Below are positions 63,983 through 64,000 of a DNA stretch of 64,000 bases, in pieces (the stretch's first letter is position 1; each line of letters opens with the position of its first letter). The position numbers and the translations under genes are program-made. Source of the stretch: Ylistrum balloti (Eukaryota). Location of the stretch: contig NW_026782546.1 of assembly GCF_031769215.1 (NCBI RefSeq), positions 62,001 through 126,000 of the forward strand. Reading direction: 5' to 3'. The notes under the pieces were generated by a model, which saw nothing but the letters and a program-made list of their open reading frames with translations, searched no databases and was not told the DNA's origin.

Positions 63983-64000
63983 GTTTGTTGTGTCATTTTG

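Overview
AT-rich, intron-containing animal genomic DNA. The repeat families and gene content suggest a bivalve mollusc (inference). Six host genes are supported: an isolated 3'-terminal exon of a CHST15-like sulfotransferase (+, 20868-21031); an intronless, membrane-anchored CE4/chitin-deacetylase-like gene (-, 21763-22914); an RNF151/RNF41-type RING + TRAF-zinc-finger protein with a roughly 830-aa disordered tail (+, 28402-31785, GC-AG intron); an MFSD4/NAGLT1-like MFS sugar transporter (+, 3 coding exons); an ENPP4/5-like ectonucleotide pyrophosphatase (+, 3 exons); and HADH exons 1-2 (+, runs off the window). The rest is mostly transposon debris: several LINE fragments, SINE/HINE-like repeats, MITEs and minisatellites. 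The clearest structural find is a complete but frameshifted 4591-bp Mag-clade Ty3/Gypsy element. It has only 71-bp LTRs, a tRNA-Leu-type PBS, a PPT and a GTTAT target-site duplication, and is nested in an older LINE. I found no CRISPR array, rRNA or intact tRNA gene. I cannot demonstrate a new biological system. The best leads are the anchored deacetylase (furin site, YxxL tail, upstream CLEAR box), its glycan-enzyme neighbourhood, the RING protein's periodic DDxWxP motifs and the mini-LTR element.
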